A DNA stretch of 64,000 nt from an uncultured bacterium (GCA_963764045.1 CAVXQW010000013.1:40-64039); one strand, 5' to 3'; shown: positions 1 to 11,152, counted from the stretch's first letter. Made by a program: numbers and translations. Notes: generated from the letters alone by a model not told the origin.

Positions 1-193
1 CAATTCGAAAAGCGGTACTAAGAATGATGGACTTGTAGTGCCCTCTTGTTTCCGAAGTTCGCGTCAGAGAGCGCTGCAATGTATAAAACTCGGAAACAGG
101 GCACTAGGATCAATGACTTGCTAGCGTCCTAAATCCAAAGTCCGCTCGAATCGCTGCAAAGTGTAACGGACTTCGAATTCGGGACACTCGCCT

Positions 194-835
194 ATGCCGC
201 TCGACTTTGCCGTTTCCGCCTTCGTGACCTTGTTCCTGGTGGTCGATCCGATCGGGCTCGCGCCGAGCTTTCTGGCGATTACCCACGGGCTGCCGGAGAC
301 CGCGCGGCGCCAGGTCGGACTGCGCGCCTGCATCAATGCGGCACTGATCCTTGCCGGCTCGGCGCTGTTCGGCGCCTGGTTGCTGACACGGCTTGGCATT
401 TCGCTTTCAGCCTTTCGCATCGCCGGCGGACTGCTGTTGTTCTCGATCGCCTCCGAGATGGTGTTCGGCGTGCGTACCGAGCGGCAATCGCGCGCTGCCG
501 AGCAGGCAATCGAGGGAGCGCGTTCGCAACATCGCCGCCTTTCCGCTCGCGATCCCGCTGATGGCGGGACCCGGCGCTATCACCGCAACCGTGCTGCTTT
601 ACGGCCGCGCTGGCGGCAATGTCGTGCTGATCGCATTGCTGCTCGCCATTATTGCCGCAGTCTGCGCAATCGCCTGGCGGTCTATCTGATCGCCGCAACG
701 ATCGAGCGCGGCCTGGGCGACACCGGCCACATCGTAGTCGCGCGCCTGCTCGGCGTGATCCTCGCGGCGCTCGCCGTGCAATACGTCGCCGACGGCGATA
801 AAGGCGATCGTGAAGGCCACGTCACGACGACGTAA
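194..835 (+). pseudogene. MarC-family (UPF0056) integral membrane protein, frame interrupted at least twice
   Basis: The N-terminus MPLDFAVSAFVTLFLVVDPIGLAPSFLAIT is in ORF 194-835. The central FPLAIPLMAGPGAITATVLLYG segment is found only in ORF 393-689. The C-terminal ARLLGVILAALAVQYV returns to the first frame. Confidence 0.7.
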
Positions 836-1272
836 AGCGATCAATTCAAGCTCAATACTGACCCGGAAAAATCACCGTGACACGCCAGTATTCGGACCAA
901 GGTGCCGATTAAAAGGCGATCATCGTCTGGCTCGATTTCGCCGACCGATGCCTCGTTGCGCCTCCGGCACGGCAAGCGGGAGCATTACCAGGAATGGCGC
1001 GTGCCAGCAGAGGAGGCTCCTTTGGTTGCGGAGCTGGTGACGGTCGGATGCCAAGGCGCTGAAGGTGATCTGCCTTCGGCAGCAAGCCCAGAACCAGCCG
1101 TTCAGGACGACTGCAAGTGTCGTCGCCTCGGCAAGTTGGCGGATTGCGTAGCCCCGGTTGGCAGATCCCGATCTGCCAACGCAACGGCGTGGACTTTCGG
1201 ATGACTGGCCCGCAATTAGAGCATGGGCGCAAGGCTCATCGATGGTCACCGCTGCGCGGATGCCTCAGCTGC

Positions 1273-1779
1273 TCAGAACGGGATCTCGTCGTCCATGTCG
1301 TCGGCGGCCGCCGGCCGCCGACCGTCGCCGGCTTGCGTTCGCGGCCGCCGGAGCATCGGCCGAGCGAGCCGAAGTCGCCGCCGAACTCCTCGCTGCGCCG
1401 AAGTCCGCGCCCGCCGCGCCACCGCCGGGCGGCCGTCGAGCATGGTGAGCTCGCCGCTGAAGCCCTGCAGCACGACCTCGGTCGAATACTTGTCCTGGCC
1501 GGACTGGTCCTGCCATTTGCGCGTCTGCAGCTGCGCCCTCGAGTAAACCTTGGCGCCCTTCTTCAGGTACTGCTCGGCGATCTTGGCGAGGTTCTCGTTG
1601 AAGATGACGACGCGATGCCACTCGGTCTTCTCCTTCCGCTCGCCGGAATTCTTGTCGCGCCAGCTCTCCGAGGTCGCGATCCGCAGGTTGACGATCGGAC
1701 GGCCGTCCTGGGTGCGGCGGATCTCCGGGTCGCTGCCGAGATTGCCGATCAGGATCACTTTGTTGACGCTGCCTGCCAT
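1273..1779 (-). CDS. ssb: single-stranded DNA-binding protein
   Basis: OB-fold [53 protein letters not shown] and acidic tail DDMDDEIPF. Start placed at ATG 1779 inside ORF 1273-1857. The linker reads Arg-rich in this frame, while a Gly/Ala-rich version sits in ORF 1265-1621, so compensating indels are possible. Confidence 0.85.
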   Translation of the reverse strand: MAGSVNKVILIGNLGSDPEIRRTQDGRPIVNLRIATSESWRDKNSGERKEKTEWHRVVIFNENLAKIAEQYLKKGAKVYSRAQLQTRKWQDQSGQDKYSTEVVLQGFSGELTMLDGRPAVARRARTSAQRGVRRRLRLARPMLRRPRTQAGDGRRPAAADDMDDEIPF

Positions 1780-1973
1780 GAAACTCTCTCCGTTCGCCAC
1801 GCTTCGTTGCGCCACCCTAATCCCGCATGCCGGGCGACGGCTGCCGATCCAGGGCACCTGTCCACAGTTGCGATGCGGTTATCCCAAACCGCGGGCCCCT
1901 CAGTATCGTGTTCCTATATGTTCTAATCATTCCCGGGCTCGCCCGCAACCCCAAAACCTGACGACATCACCGG

Positions 1974-4552
1974 CTAACTCATTTTCGGCAGCGCCTGGCG
2001 GATCTTGTGATAGCCGGCCCAGGGGTCACGGCGCCGGCGCGACCAACGTGACAGCGGTCTTAATGTCGGCCGGATGCGCATCGTGAGCCGGCCCAGCCCC
2101 TGCCAGGAAACCGGCAGCGCGATATGCGCGCCCGGCCGTGACCGCGTCGAGAACGGCGCGATCGCGGTCGAGCCGCGCTGGTTGCGCAGATAGTCGATGA
2201 AGATTTGCCGCTGCGCTTGGCCTTCGACATGTGGCGACATAGCGGTCCGGGCTGTCCTGCGCCATCAGCCGCGCCATCGCTTCGGCGAAATCGCGGTGCT
2301 CGTCCCAGCCGTGCTGCGCCTCAGCGGCACCACCACGTGGATGCCTTTGCCGCCGGTGACCATCGCGAAAGACTTTCCAGGCCGAGGCGCTGCAGCCGCT
2401 CCTTCATCTCGCGGGCGGCGTCGCTGCACATCGGCGAAGTCGAGCCCGGCATCGGGATCGAAATCGAACACCAGCCGGTCGGGCTGTTCGACCGTCGGGT
2501 ACCTGGGCGCCCCAGATGTGCAGTTCCAGCACGCCCATCTGCGCGGCCGCGACCAGCCCGCGCACATCCTCGATGTAAAGATAATCGGCGCTGCGCGACT
2601 TCTCGCGGATGCGGACGGTGCCGAAGGCCTCCGGCCAGCCGGGCGACGCGTGCTTCTGGAAGAAGCATTCCTTGTCGTTGCCTTGCGGGCAGCGCACCAG
2701 CGCTGAACGGCCGGTCGACGACGTGCGGCAGCATGCGATCGGCAATCGCCAGGTAGTAATCGATCAGCTCGCGCTTGGTGATGCCTGTGTCGGGTGAACA
2801 TCATGCGGTCAGGATGGGTGATCGCGTATCCCTTCGACATCCGTTTTGCTGGCCTTTGAGACAGTTTGTCGCGCTCCGACTTCGCTGCCGCGCGGCAAGG
2901 CTCTGTCTGCGCCATCGGCCGCTCCCGCACGACGTCGCGCGCCGGCTTGTCCTCGCGCAATCCTTTGAAGCTGCCCTGGCGCATCAGGCCGTCGCGGGTC
3001 CAGCCGCGGAATTCGATTTCGGCGACCAGCACCGGCTCGACGAACTGCGCCTTGCGCGCATCGCCGCCGGAAGTGCGGCAAGCGGCGATGTCTTGCGGGC
3101 GATGCCTTGAAACGCGCGCGCAAGGTCATCGAGCAGCTTGCCGGAAAATCCGGTGCCGACACTGCCCGCGATAGCGCAGCTCTCCATCGTCCCGCACCGC
3201 CAGCAGCGATCGAGGAAAACGGCCGGCCGGTCTTGTCGGACGGCTCCCAGCCGACGATGACGAATTCCTGCTCCAAGCCGCATTTCGATCTTCAGCCAGT
3301 CCTTGGTGCGGCCGGAGCGGTAGGGCGCGTCGGCGCGCTTGCGAGACGATGCCTTCAAGCTTAAGCTCGCAGGCCTGCGTGCGAAGCACCTGCTCGCCCT
3401 GCCCGGTCAAATGGATCGGTAAAACAGCGGGCCCTTTCGGCGGCAGCTTGCAGCAGCTGCTCGAGCCGCTGCTTGCGTTCGATCAGCGGCGGCTTGCGCA
3501 GATCCTCGCCGTCGAGATAGAGCAGATCGAAGACGTAGTAGCCGAGCCCGCCGCTGCCTTCCGAGAGGGCGTTCTGCAAGCGCGCCGAAATCGGTGCGCC
3601 CGTCGGCGTCCGAGCACCACGACCTCGCCGTCGAGCAGCGCCTGGCGGCACGGCAGCGTCGCCAGCGGCGCGACCAACGCCGCGAACTTGTCGGTCCAGT
3701 CGTGCCCGGTGCGGGTGCGGATGACGACGCTCGCCGCCGGCGATGGCGGCGAGCGCGCGATAGCCGTCGAACTTGATCTCGTGCAGCCAGCCCTCGCCGG
3801 CCGGCGGCGCGTCCACCAGCGTGGCCAGCTGCGGCGCGACGAACGGCGGGATGCCGCGCCTGTGCCGGCTTTTTGGCGCCGCGCTTGCCGGCGGCGGCTT
3901 GCCGACTTTCTTCTTCTGCCGTCGGCCTCTGTGCCGCTTTGTCCGGCGTCCGACTTGTCCGAGCCCACACGTTGCCGGCGCGCGATCTCCTCCATGCGTG
4001 CGGCCCGCTGCGCACGCTGGTCGTCGCCGCGCTCGACGATCGGCTTGCTCGCCGGCCCGCGCGTAGTCGTCGCTGCTCCTTGATCAGCAGCCAGTTCTCG
4101 CGCTTGCTCGCTCGCCCTGCGCGGCCGCATGCGCACCAGCGTCCAGCCGCCCTTGCAGCCGCTCGCCGTGCAGCTTGAACATGAGCTTGCCCTTGCGCAG
4201 CCCCTCGTCGGCATCGCCCTCCGGCTCCCAGGTGCCGCGGTCCCACAGCAGCACCGTGCCGCCGCCGTACTGGCCCTTGGGGATGTGCCCTCGAAGTCGC
4301 CGTAGTCGAGCGGATGATCCTCGACATGCACGGCGAGGCGCTTGTCGGCGGGATCGAGGCTCGGCCCCTTCGGCACGGCCCAGCTCTTCAGCACGCCGTC
4401 CAGCTCCAGCCGGAAATCGTAGTGCAGCCGCGGGCGGCGTGCTTCTGGATGAGATAGCGGGGCCGACGCGGCTGCGCTTGGCGCCGCGCGGCTCCGCGGT
4501 GCGGGTCGAAGTCGCGCTTGGCGTGATAGGCCTGCAGCGGTTGAGGTGCCAT
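1974..4552 (-). pseudogene. ligD: ATP-dependent DNA ligase LigD (phosphoesterase-ligase-polymerase order), many frameshifts
   Basis: PE domain: [39 protein letters not shown] and [21 protein letters not shown]. Ligase domain: [11 protein letters not shown]. Pol domain: ECFFQKHASPGWP, YLYIEDVRGLVAAAQMGVLELHIWG, FAMVTGGKGIHVVVPL, IFIDYLRNQRGSTAIAPFSTR. The pieces are spread over all three minus frames (ORFs 3483-4559, 4084-4614, 3407-4327, 3361-3816, 2984-3358, 2809-3276, 2265-3032, 2404-2745, 2321-2734, 2026-2277, 1974-2240). Confidence 0.85.
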
Positions 4553-4666
4553 CGTTCAATTATCGCATTACTTCGCGTCGCCGAAATGCCGATCTCGCAT
4601 GCCGGCGGTAACAACGCTTCGCCCGGCCGCCACGTTCCGCGCCGCCGTAAGCTGCCGGATAGGAAC

Positions 4667-5378
4667 CTATTTCCGTGCCTGTTTGAGCGTCTGCCGCCGT
4701 TTGTAGACCGCCTGCGGCGTCATTTTCGTCTTGCGCAGCGCGGCAACCGTCGCGGGCACAATCGGTTTGGCGGTTTGCGGCTGCAACGCGTCATTGCCCC
4801 AGGCGCTGCGAACATAGCCGGCCACGGCCGCGATCTGCTCGTCCGGCAGGAATCGAAGGGGGGCATGGCGCCATTAAAGTGCCGGCCGTTGACTTCGATC
4901 GGGCCCTGCATCCCGAACAGCACCACGGTCGGCACCAGGCGCGTCGCCAGAAACAGGTCACGGTTGCCGGCGAGCGGAGGAAACTGGCCCGCACACCCTG
5001 GCCATTGGCCTGATGACAGGCGATGCATTGCTCGTTGAACACTTGAGCGCCATCGACCTTGGCGGGCGGTGCCGCCGCCGTTGCCTTTGGCGGCGGATCG
5101 GGACCGAGATAGGTCGCGAGATAGTTGAGAATTTTCCCACGATCCGCCGACGAAAGCTCCAGTCCGTACTTTTTCATGCTGTCGAGCAGATCGCTCCAGG
5201 CGTTGCGCGGAACGCCGGCCGACTCGACCAAGTATTGCAGGTCGTGACAGGTGCGGCACTTGCCATAGACCAGGTCGCGGTCCGGCCCCGGCGGCAACTC
5301 AATTCCGTCTTGTGCAAAGGCCGCCACGGCCAGCAGACAACCAGCCACGGTCCCCGCGATCAGGGACGCGATCCGCAT
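4667..5378 (-). pseudogene. dihaem c-type cytochrome (SorB-like partner of the upstream Mo-enzyme), frameshifted
   Basis: Signal peptide MRIASLIAGTVAGCLLAVAAFA and two haem motifs, CRTCH and CIACH, in ORF 4791-5462. The continuation FPPLAGNRDLFLATRLVPTVVLFGMQGPIEVNGRHFNGAMPPF is in ORF 4720-5259. The tail ..MTPQAVYKRRQTLKQARK is read by eye in the third frame. Confidence 0.7.
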
Positions 5379-5474
5379 CCTCAACTTTTCCAATTCAACT
5401 TTTTGAAACTGTAGGGCGATTTTCCAAACAGACGCGGGACGCATCTGTTTGGATCGCACCACCGGCGCTTGGCG

Positions 5475-6170
5475 TCAAATATCGATCTCGACGCGGTCAA
5501 CGCCGTTCCATTCGAAGCCGCGCGGGTTCCACCGGCTCAGCCCGTCGATCGGCTGGGTGCGGCCAAGCGCATCGGTCGCGCGGCACATCAGCAGATTCTT
5601 GCCCTTTGCCAGCCTGCCCTTGATCGACCAATGATGCCACGCCCACGGGCTCAACGCCGATTTGATATCGGCCTGGTGCCAGGTCTTGCCGCCGTTCGAC
5701 GAGACCTCGACGCTGGTGATCTTGGCCCTGCCGTCATTGAAGGCAACACCGGTGATCTCGACGTCGCCTGCCTTTGGCTTGTCCTCGGACAATGGCGCGA
5801 AAATCACGCTCTTGATCGCATGGCCGTAGGTCGGCCGGCTGTTGTACCAGTTGTAATCATTGGCGCCGAACTTGCCGGGCTCGACCGGCATGTTCGGCAT
5901 GCGGTAGCCGACCGATTGGAACTCGCTCGGCGACTGCTCCGCCGCGTACAGCAGTTCGGTGAGCATCTTGACATTCATATTGCCGTAATAGCCGGGGATG
6001 ATCAGCCGCACCGGGCCGCCATTGGTGGCCGGGATCGCCTCACCATTCATCTTCAGCGCCAGGATCGCGTGATCAGCGCGTCGTCGCTTACGTGATAGCT
6101 CTTGGCGAAGTCCGAGCCGGTCGGCGTCGCTGGCTGATCCAACCTTCCGCCGTCAAGCCAATGCGGGAAG
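5475..6170 (-). pseudogene. sulfite-oxidase-family molybdopterin oxidoreductase, C-terminal ~230 aa only (5' end missing at junction)
   Basis: LDQPATPTGSDFAKS..ALKMNGEAIPATNGGPVRLIIPGYYGNMNVKMLTEL is the Mo-binding core. The following immunoglobulin-like dimerisation domain includes ITSVEVSSNGGKTWHQA. No N-terminal third is present. The upper boundary is approximate. Confidence 0.7.
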
Positions 6171-6568
6171 GAGAACAGGTCCCACCGGGCGAGCTCGACG
6201 ATCCGCAGGCCCCGCGGGCCGAAGACGGGGAGCAGCCCCTTTACGCACGACGATTTCCCGGTTCCGCGCTCCCCCCACAGAAGAACGTGGTTCGCCCCCC
6301 GGCCGGAGACGAACTGGTCCGTGTTCCGGAGCAGCTCCTCCTTCGCCGCGTCGATGCCGACGAGCGACGCGAGATCCACCCGGTGCGGGTGCGGGATCGG
6401 GACGATCCGCCCTCCTTCCCCCGCGCGCTCCCACCGGAACGCCAGGTGGGACAGAAAGATCGCCGCGTCGGTCGGCGGCGCCTCCCGCTTCCCGAGGAGC
6501 GCCTCGATCCGCCCCATGATCCCCTCCAGGCGCCGAAGCGCGCCCTCCCAGGGCGCCTCCGGCGTCAT
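6171..6568 (-). pseudogene. DUF815-type AAA ATPase, N-terminal ~130 aa only (3' end missing at junction)
   Basis: [77 protein letters not shown]. The start ATG at 6568 overlaps the SDR stop (ATGA). The protein stops making sense shortly after the Walker A motif. Confidence 0.6.
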
Positions 6569-7314
6569 GGCATCAGGATCCCGCCGGAAACCGGCAGGTA
6601 CGCGCCCGTGATGAAGCGCGCCTCCTCGGAGGCGAGGAACAGGACCGCCCCCGCCACGTCCTCCGGGAGGCCGTTCCGCCGCAGCGGCGTCATCTGCGCC
6701 GCAGCCGTCCTTCTCCTTCTGCGAAAGAAACGACGTTGCGTCCGTCAGTGTGAGCCCCGGGGCGACCACGTTCACGCGGACGCCGTTCGGTCCCAGCTCG
6801 AGCGCGAGCGACTTCACGAAGGCGTCCAGCCCGGACTTCGCCGTGCTGTGCGCGCAGAACCCCTCTCCCGGGTGTCGGGACAGCCCGCTGCTGATCGCGA
6901 TCACCGACCCCTTGCGGCGCTCCACCATCCCCGGGACGAACGCCTTGCAGCAGAAGAAGGCGGACTTGAGCTCCCCGGTCAGCTTCGCTTCGAACTCCGG
7001 CCACGGGAATTGAAGAAAGGGAAGGACGGGGAACGGAGATCGACGCGTTCAGCACGAGCACGTCGACCGGCCCGAGATTCCGCTTCACCTCGTCCGCCAT
7101 CGCCTCGCACTGCGATGCGTCGCGGACGTCCGCCTGGACGGCGATCGCCGTCCCGCCGACCTCCCGGATCGCCGCGACCACTTCTCCCGCGGCCGTCTCG
7201 CTCCGGAAATAGTTCACCGCCACGGCCGCGCCATACTGCGCGAGGCGCTTCGCGGTCGCCGCTCCGATCCCGCGGCTGGCCCCGTGACCACGGCCACTTT
7301 CCCTTTCATGTGCA
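6565..7314 (-). pseudogene. short-chain dehydrogenase/reductase (FabG-like), at least three frameshifts
   Basis: MHMKGKVAVVTG then ASRGIGAATAKRLAQYGAAVAVNY..VDVLVLNASI, then FPWPEFEAKLTGELKSAFF..SSGLSRHPGEGFCAHSTAKSGLDAFVKSLALELGPNGVRVNVVAPG, then [41 protein letters not shown]. The first shift sits in a C4 run at 7279-7282. Confidence 0.75.
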
Positions 7315-7434
7315 TCGCGTACCCCCTGACCCGAAGTGTCCCGGGTTGGCCCGATTGAGGATATTCTACCCCCTACCAGGGGGCGAAAGGACGGGGACGG
7401 TGGGCGCACCGGGCGTCGAAGGGGAGGGAACGGG

Positions 7435-8058
7435 ATGGACGTCGAGGCGATCACGAAGGGGTTCCTCGCCGGCGCGGCGATCGCCGCGCCGCTGGGACCG
7501 GTGGGACTCCTCTGCATCCATCGTGGGATTTTCTCGGGGCGGGCCGCCGCTCTCCTCTCCGGCCTCGGGGCTGCGACGGCGCATGGAACGTACGCCCTGG
7601 CGGCGGCGCTGGGTCTATCCTTCGTCTCCGGAACCGTTTCCACTCACCAACTCCCGTTACAGGCCGCCGCCGGATTCTTCCTGTGCATCCTTGGCGCACG
7701 AATACTCTTTTCCCGCCCCGCCGCCCGCCCGGCCGAACCGATGGGACGTGGGCTCGCGGGTGCGTATGCCTCCACACTGCTGCTGGCGCTGTCCAGCCCC
7801 GTTACGATGCTCACCATCGCGGCGGTGTTTTCGGGGGCCGGCCTGCCCGGACCGGGGGGAGACACTCTCTCCGCGCTCCTGCTGGCGGCGGGTGTGTTCC
7901 TGGGATCGGCTACCTGGTGGCTGGTGCTTGCATCGGGCGTGGGGTGGCTTTCCCGGCACGGGACCGTCCCCGCCGTACGTTCCCTGAACCGGGTGACCGG
8001 CGCCGCCCTACTGGGATTCGGCGTCTACATTCTCCTGAAACTCCTCGCCTCCACCTGA
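7435..8058 (+). CDS. LysE/RhtB-family amino-acid exporter
   Basis: MDVEAITKGFLAGAAIAAPLGPVGLLCIHRGI.. is a multi-TM protein of about 207 aa. GGGGAGGGAA Shine-Dalgarno precedes ATG 7435 inside ORF 7336-8058. Confidence 0.75.
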   Translation: MDVEAITKGFLAGAAIAAPLGPVGLLCIHRGIFSGRAAALLSGLGAATAHGTYALAAALGLSFVSGTVSTHQLPLQAAAGFFLCILGARILFSRPAARPAEPMGRGLAGAYASTLLLALSSPVTMLTIAAVFSGAGLPGPGGDTLSALLLAAGVFLGSATWWLVLASGVGWLSRHGTVPAVRSLNRVTGAALLGFGVYILLKLLAST

Positions 8059-8106
8059 AAACAAACCGGCACGGCGTACTCCCGTACCCCGGAATACGCC
8101 GTGCCG
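8056..8106 (-). terminator. rho-independent terminator after the OmpA-like operon
   Basis: Perfect 12-bp stem CGGCACGGCGTA (8067-8078) / TACGCCGTGCCG (8095-8106). On the minus strand it is followed by GTTTGTTTTCA. Confidence 0.6.
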
Positions 8107-8142
8107 AAAAAACCCGGACCGTCAGACCGATCCGTTATTGAT

Positions 8143-9090
8143 TCACTTGCTGCCTACTATCTTCACCACCACTCTACGGTTCTGGAACTGCCCTTCCTTC
8201 GTCTTGTTGCTCCCGATGGGATCGGCTTCCCCTTTTCCCTCCGAGGTGATCATCTCGGGTGCGATGGCCTCGCCCACGAGATATTTCTTCACGGACTCCG
8301 CTCTCTGCTCGGAAAGGTTCTGGTTGTATTTTTCGCCGCCGCGGCTGTCCGTATATCCCACCACATGGTACTTGGCGTTCGGGTACTTCTTCGCGAAGTC
8401 GACCGCCTTCTGCAACTCGGCGAGGTCTGCCGGCCGGATGTTCCATTTGGCCGTGTCGAAGTTGACGTGAAGGGTTAACTCGGCCCCCACTGGAACGGCG
8501 GGTGCCATTACCGGCGCTGGAGGAGGAGGCGGAGGCGGCGGAGGCGGCGGGGCGTTCACCGTCACGGTTGCCGACTCGTAAACGGTCCCACCGGTCCCGG
8601 TAGCGGTGATCATGTATTGGGTCGTTTCGGCGGGGCACACCTGCTTGGTGCCGCTCGCCGCGACGTCCCCCACACCCTGATCGATCTCCGCCTTTTGCAC
8701 GTTTTTCGAAGCCCACGTCAGGTTCGAGCACTGTCCCGGGGAAACCGCCTCCGGGTTGGCCGAAAAGGTCAGCTCAGGAGGCTGACACGCCTTCGTCTTG
8801 GCAAGAACCGTGTTGGCGGCCTTGTCCGCCCCGGCGATGTACGGTTGAGCCGTTTCCCAGGACTCGATCGTCTCGTGACGCGCGTAATCCTGTTCCGCCT
8901 TGGCGGCAGCCAGTTCCTTGGGCGCGCAAACCTTCGCGCCCACTTTCATGTTCTCCGCCTCGGCGATCTTGCCCGAGATGGCGCTGAACTGGTCCGTTTC
9001 ACCCTTGGTCATCTGGCGAGGGGCGCAGCCGACCACCAGGACCGACGCGAGAAGGAGCGTCAGGAAAAGGAAAAGATGTCGGTTCCTCAT
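8143..9090 (-). CDS. OmpA-family lipoprotein with poly-Pro linker
   Basis: Lipobox LLLASVLVVGC, an 11-Pro linker, and a C-terminal OmpA_C domain YHVVGYTDSRGGEKYNQNLSEQRAESVKKYL. ATG 9090 overlaps the upstream stop (ATGA). Confidence 0.85.
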   Translation of the reverse strand: MRNRHLFLFLTLLLASVLVVGCAPRQMTKGETDQFSAISGKIAEAENMKVGAKVCAPKELAAAKAEQDYARHETIESWETAQPYIAGADKAANTVLAKTKACQPPELTFSANPEAVSPGQCSNLTWASKNVQKAEIDQGVGDVAASGTKQVCPAETTQYMITATGTGGTVYESATVTVNAPPPPPPPPPPPAPVMAPAVPVGAELTLHVNFDTAKWNIRPADLAELQKAVDFAKKYPNAKYHVVGYTDSRGGEKYNQNLSEQRAESVKKYLVGEAIAPEMITSEGKGEADPIGSNKTKEGQFQNRRVVVKIVGSK

Positions 9091-9374
9091 TTCGCACCTC
9101 CGCCCGCCATCTTGAGTGCCTGGGCGGAATATGTCTTCGATTGCTCCGTGAAGGCGTTGGCGGCCTTGCAGTCCCCTTCTTCCGCCTCGATAACCGCCTT
9201 CTTGAGATACGCTTCCCCCGCGTAGTATTCGTACGGCGCCGACCAGTCGGCACCCGCGGCTTTCGCCTTCTGCAACTGCGCCCGGGCGCCCTGGATCGCG
9301 TTGGACGTCGCGCAACCGGCAGCCAGCCCGCCGATCAGCACGACCGTACATAAGACAATCAATGCTCGCCTCAT
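9087..9374 (-). CDS. DUF4398-like small lipoprotein
   Basis: MRRALIVLCTVVLIGGLAAGC lipobox followed by a helical AQLQKAKAAGADWSAPYEYYAGEAYLKKA region. AAGGAGGG Shine-Dalgarno lies 6 nt before ATG 9374. This family is a common partner of OmpA-family genes. Confidence 0.7.
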   Translation of the reverse strand: MRRALIVLCTVVLIGGLAAGCATSNAIQGARAQLQKAKAAGADWSAPYEYYAGEAYLKKAVIEAEEGDCKAANAFTEQSKTYSAQALKMAGGGAK

Positions 9375-9708
9375 CGAAACCCTCCTTTTCAATGTTTTTC
9401 GCTCCCGAAGACCTTTTTCCCCACGTTCAATTACGCGTTCCGAACACCCCCCTCCAGCGGATATCGCCTCCCCCTTCCGGCTGTCGACTGTATATATAAT
9501 AATATATATCTATGGTTTGGATTGATGATATTCACTTTTTTACCGGGTATACAAGCACGAAATTTCCCGAGCGGAAGGACAAGGGAGTGCCGTTGATCTA
9601 TCCATTGAAAACTCCGGGGGCATCGAAAGGCGATCCTCCTTGCCGCTTGGCCGGAAGGGCGGGCGGGCACAAAACGGTTCCGGTCACCCGGCGCGGGAGG
9701 GTTGCCCC

Positions 9709-11152
9709 GTGAAGAAACTCCTCATCGCCCTCGGTATCCTTGTCGCCCTCGTCGTTCTCGCGGGGGTCGCGATCCTTCTCCTCGTCGACGTGAACACCTA
9801 CAAACCCCGGATCGAATCCGCCGTCTCCGATGCGCTGGGGATGGAGTTCCGGATCGCCGGGAAGGCGCGGCTGCGGCTCTATCCATCGGCAAGCATCGTC
9901 CTCTCCGACGTGCGGCTGCGCAACCGCGGCACCGACCTTGCCACGGCGGAAACGCTGCGGGTGGGGGTGAAGCTGCGTCCGCTTCTGGCCCGCCAGGTCG
10001 TGATCACGGAACTGGCCCTTGAAAAACCGGTGATCCGGATCGAGAAAGGGATCGACGGAACGTTCAACTACGAAACCCCGCCGCGCCCGTCGACGCCGGC
10101 GGCGAAGGAAGGCGAAGCCCCTTCCGCCCCCCTGACCGTTTCCGCCGGTTCCGTGTCGGCGGGAAATATCGTGTACGTCGACCGGAAGACGAAGAGCGAA
10201 ACGAGCCTCGATGCGATCGACCTGTCCGTGCACGACCTCTCGATCCCCACGGCTCCGGAGGTGAAGCTCTTGAAGGGGATCTCCTTCTCCGGCGACCTGT
10301 CCGCGAAGGAGATGAAAACGAAGGACGTCACCGTGTCGGATTTTCGCGCGAAGGTGACGGCCGGCGCGGGCGTCTACGAGATCCGTCCCTTCACGATGAA
10401 GCTGTTCGGCGGCACGGGCGAGGGAGGGATCCACGTCGACCTCTCCGGCGACAAGACGGCCCTGAACGTGAAGTACACGCTGACGAAGTTCCGCGCCGAG
10501 GAGTCGCTCGCGGGGCTCGCAGCGGAAAGTATATTTGAGCGGTCCGATGACGGTGACCCCGGACCTCTCCGCCCGGGGGAAGGACGTGGAGGGGATGAAG
10601 CGGACGCTCTCCGGCACCGTCTCCCTGCGAGGAGACGGCCTGACGCTTCACGGGATGGAGATCGACCGGATCCTGTCGAAGGCGGAAGATGCGCAGAAAC
10701 TGGGCCTTGCGGATGTGGGAGCGCTTCTGCTCGCGGGCCCGCTGGGATCCGCGGTGTTGAAGGGGTACCGCTACGGGGACCTCTACGAGTCCGCCACCCG
10801 GCAGGGGGAAACCCGGATCCCCCGGCTCGTCTCCGACTGGTCGGTGCGCGACGGCGTGGCGGATGCCAGGGATGTCGCCTTCTCCACGGGGAAGAACCGG
10901 GTCGCGCTGAAAGGGAAACTCGACCTCGTGAACGGGCGGTTCGTGGACATCACCATCGCGGTGCTCGACGGGAAGGGGTGCGCGAAGATCCGCCAGAAAA
11001 TCACGGGGCCCTTCGGCGACCCGCGGATGGACAAGACCAGCGTGCTGCAGTCGTTCGCGGAGCCGGTTCTTGGGGCTTTCGAGCGCGCAGGGAAACTGCT
11101 CGGTATCTCGTCGTGCGAGCCCTTCTACACGGGGACCCTGCATCAGCCTTAG
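9709..11152 (+). pseudogene. AsmA-family outer-membrane assembly protein, one frameshift near 10520-10545
   Basis: GTG 9709 gives VKKLLIALGILVALVVLAGVAILLLVDVNTYKPRIESAVSDALG (typical AsmA N-terminus). The C-terminal half continues in ORF 10535-11152 (..VSDWSVRDGVADARDVAFSTGKNRVALKGKLDLVNG). Confidence 0.75.

Noticed and set aside
36-106. Imperfect inverted repeat TAGTGCCCTcttgTTTCCGA ... TCGGAAAcAGGGCACTA at the window start
   Set aside because: It has about 16 paired bases with an asymmetric bulge and a 33-nt loop, and there is no adjacent gene context at the window edge. That is too weak to interpret.
1910-1923. GTTCCTATATGTTC upstream of ssb, reminiscent of the alphaproteobacterial LexA box GTTC-N7-GTTC
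   Set aside because: The spacing here is N6, not N7. With the local indel rate it could be a damaged real box, but as sequenced it does not fit the consensus, so it is not called.
6100-6260. Mobile-element explanation for the junction (IS ends, integrase, att site, tRNA)
   Set aside because: No inverted repeats, transposase or integrase ORF, or tRNA-like sequence lies at or near the breakpoint. The two truncated genes abut directly.
6092-7987. 631-aa plus-strand ORF, and similar long ORFs at 27044-28798, 43260-44951, 46460-48394, 40456-42006 and 41960-43504
   Set aside because: All are Arg/Pro/Gly-rich with no recognisable motifs, and all lie antisense to genes with strong family signatures. 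They were rejected as shadow ORFs.
8518-8552. GGAGGAGGAGGCGGAGGCGGCGGAGGCGGCGG triplet repeat
   Set aside because: It is the antisense of the 11-proline linker of the OmpA-family lipoprotein. It is a coding low-complexity region, not a regulatory or CRISPR-like repeat.
9481-9540. AT-rich tract TGTATATATAATAATATATATCTATGG in the divergent DUF4398/AsmA intergenic region
   Set aside because: It is probably just promoter or UP-element DNA for the two divergent operons. I could not place convincing -35/-10 hexamers with proper spacing, so no promoter is called.
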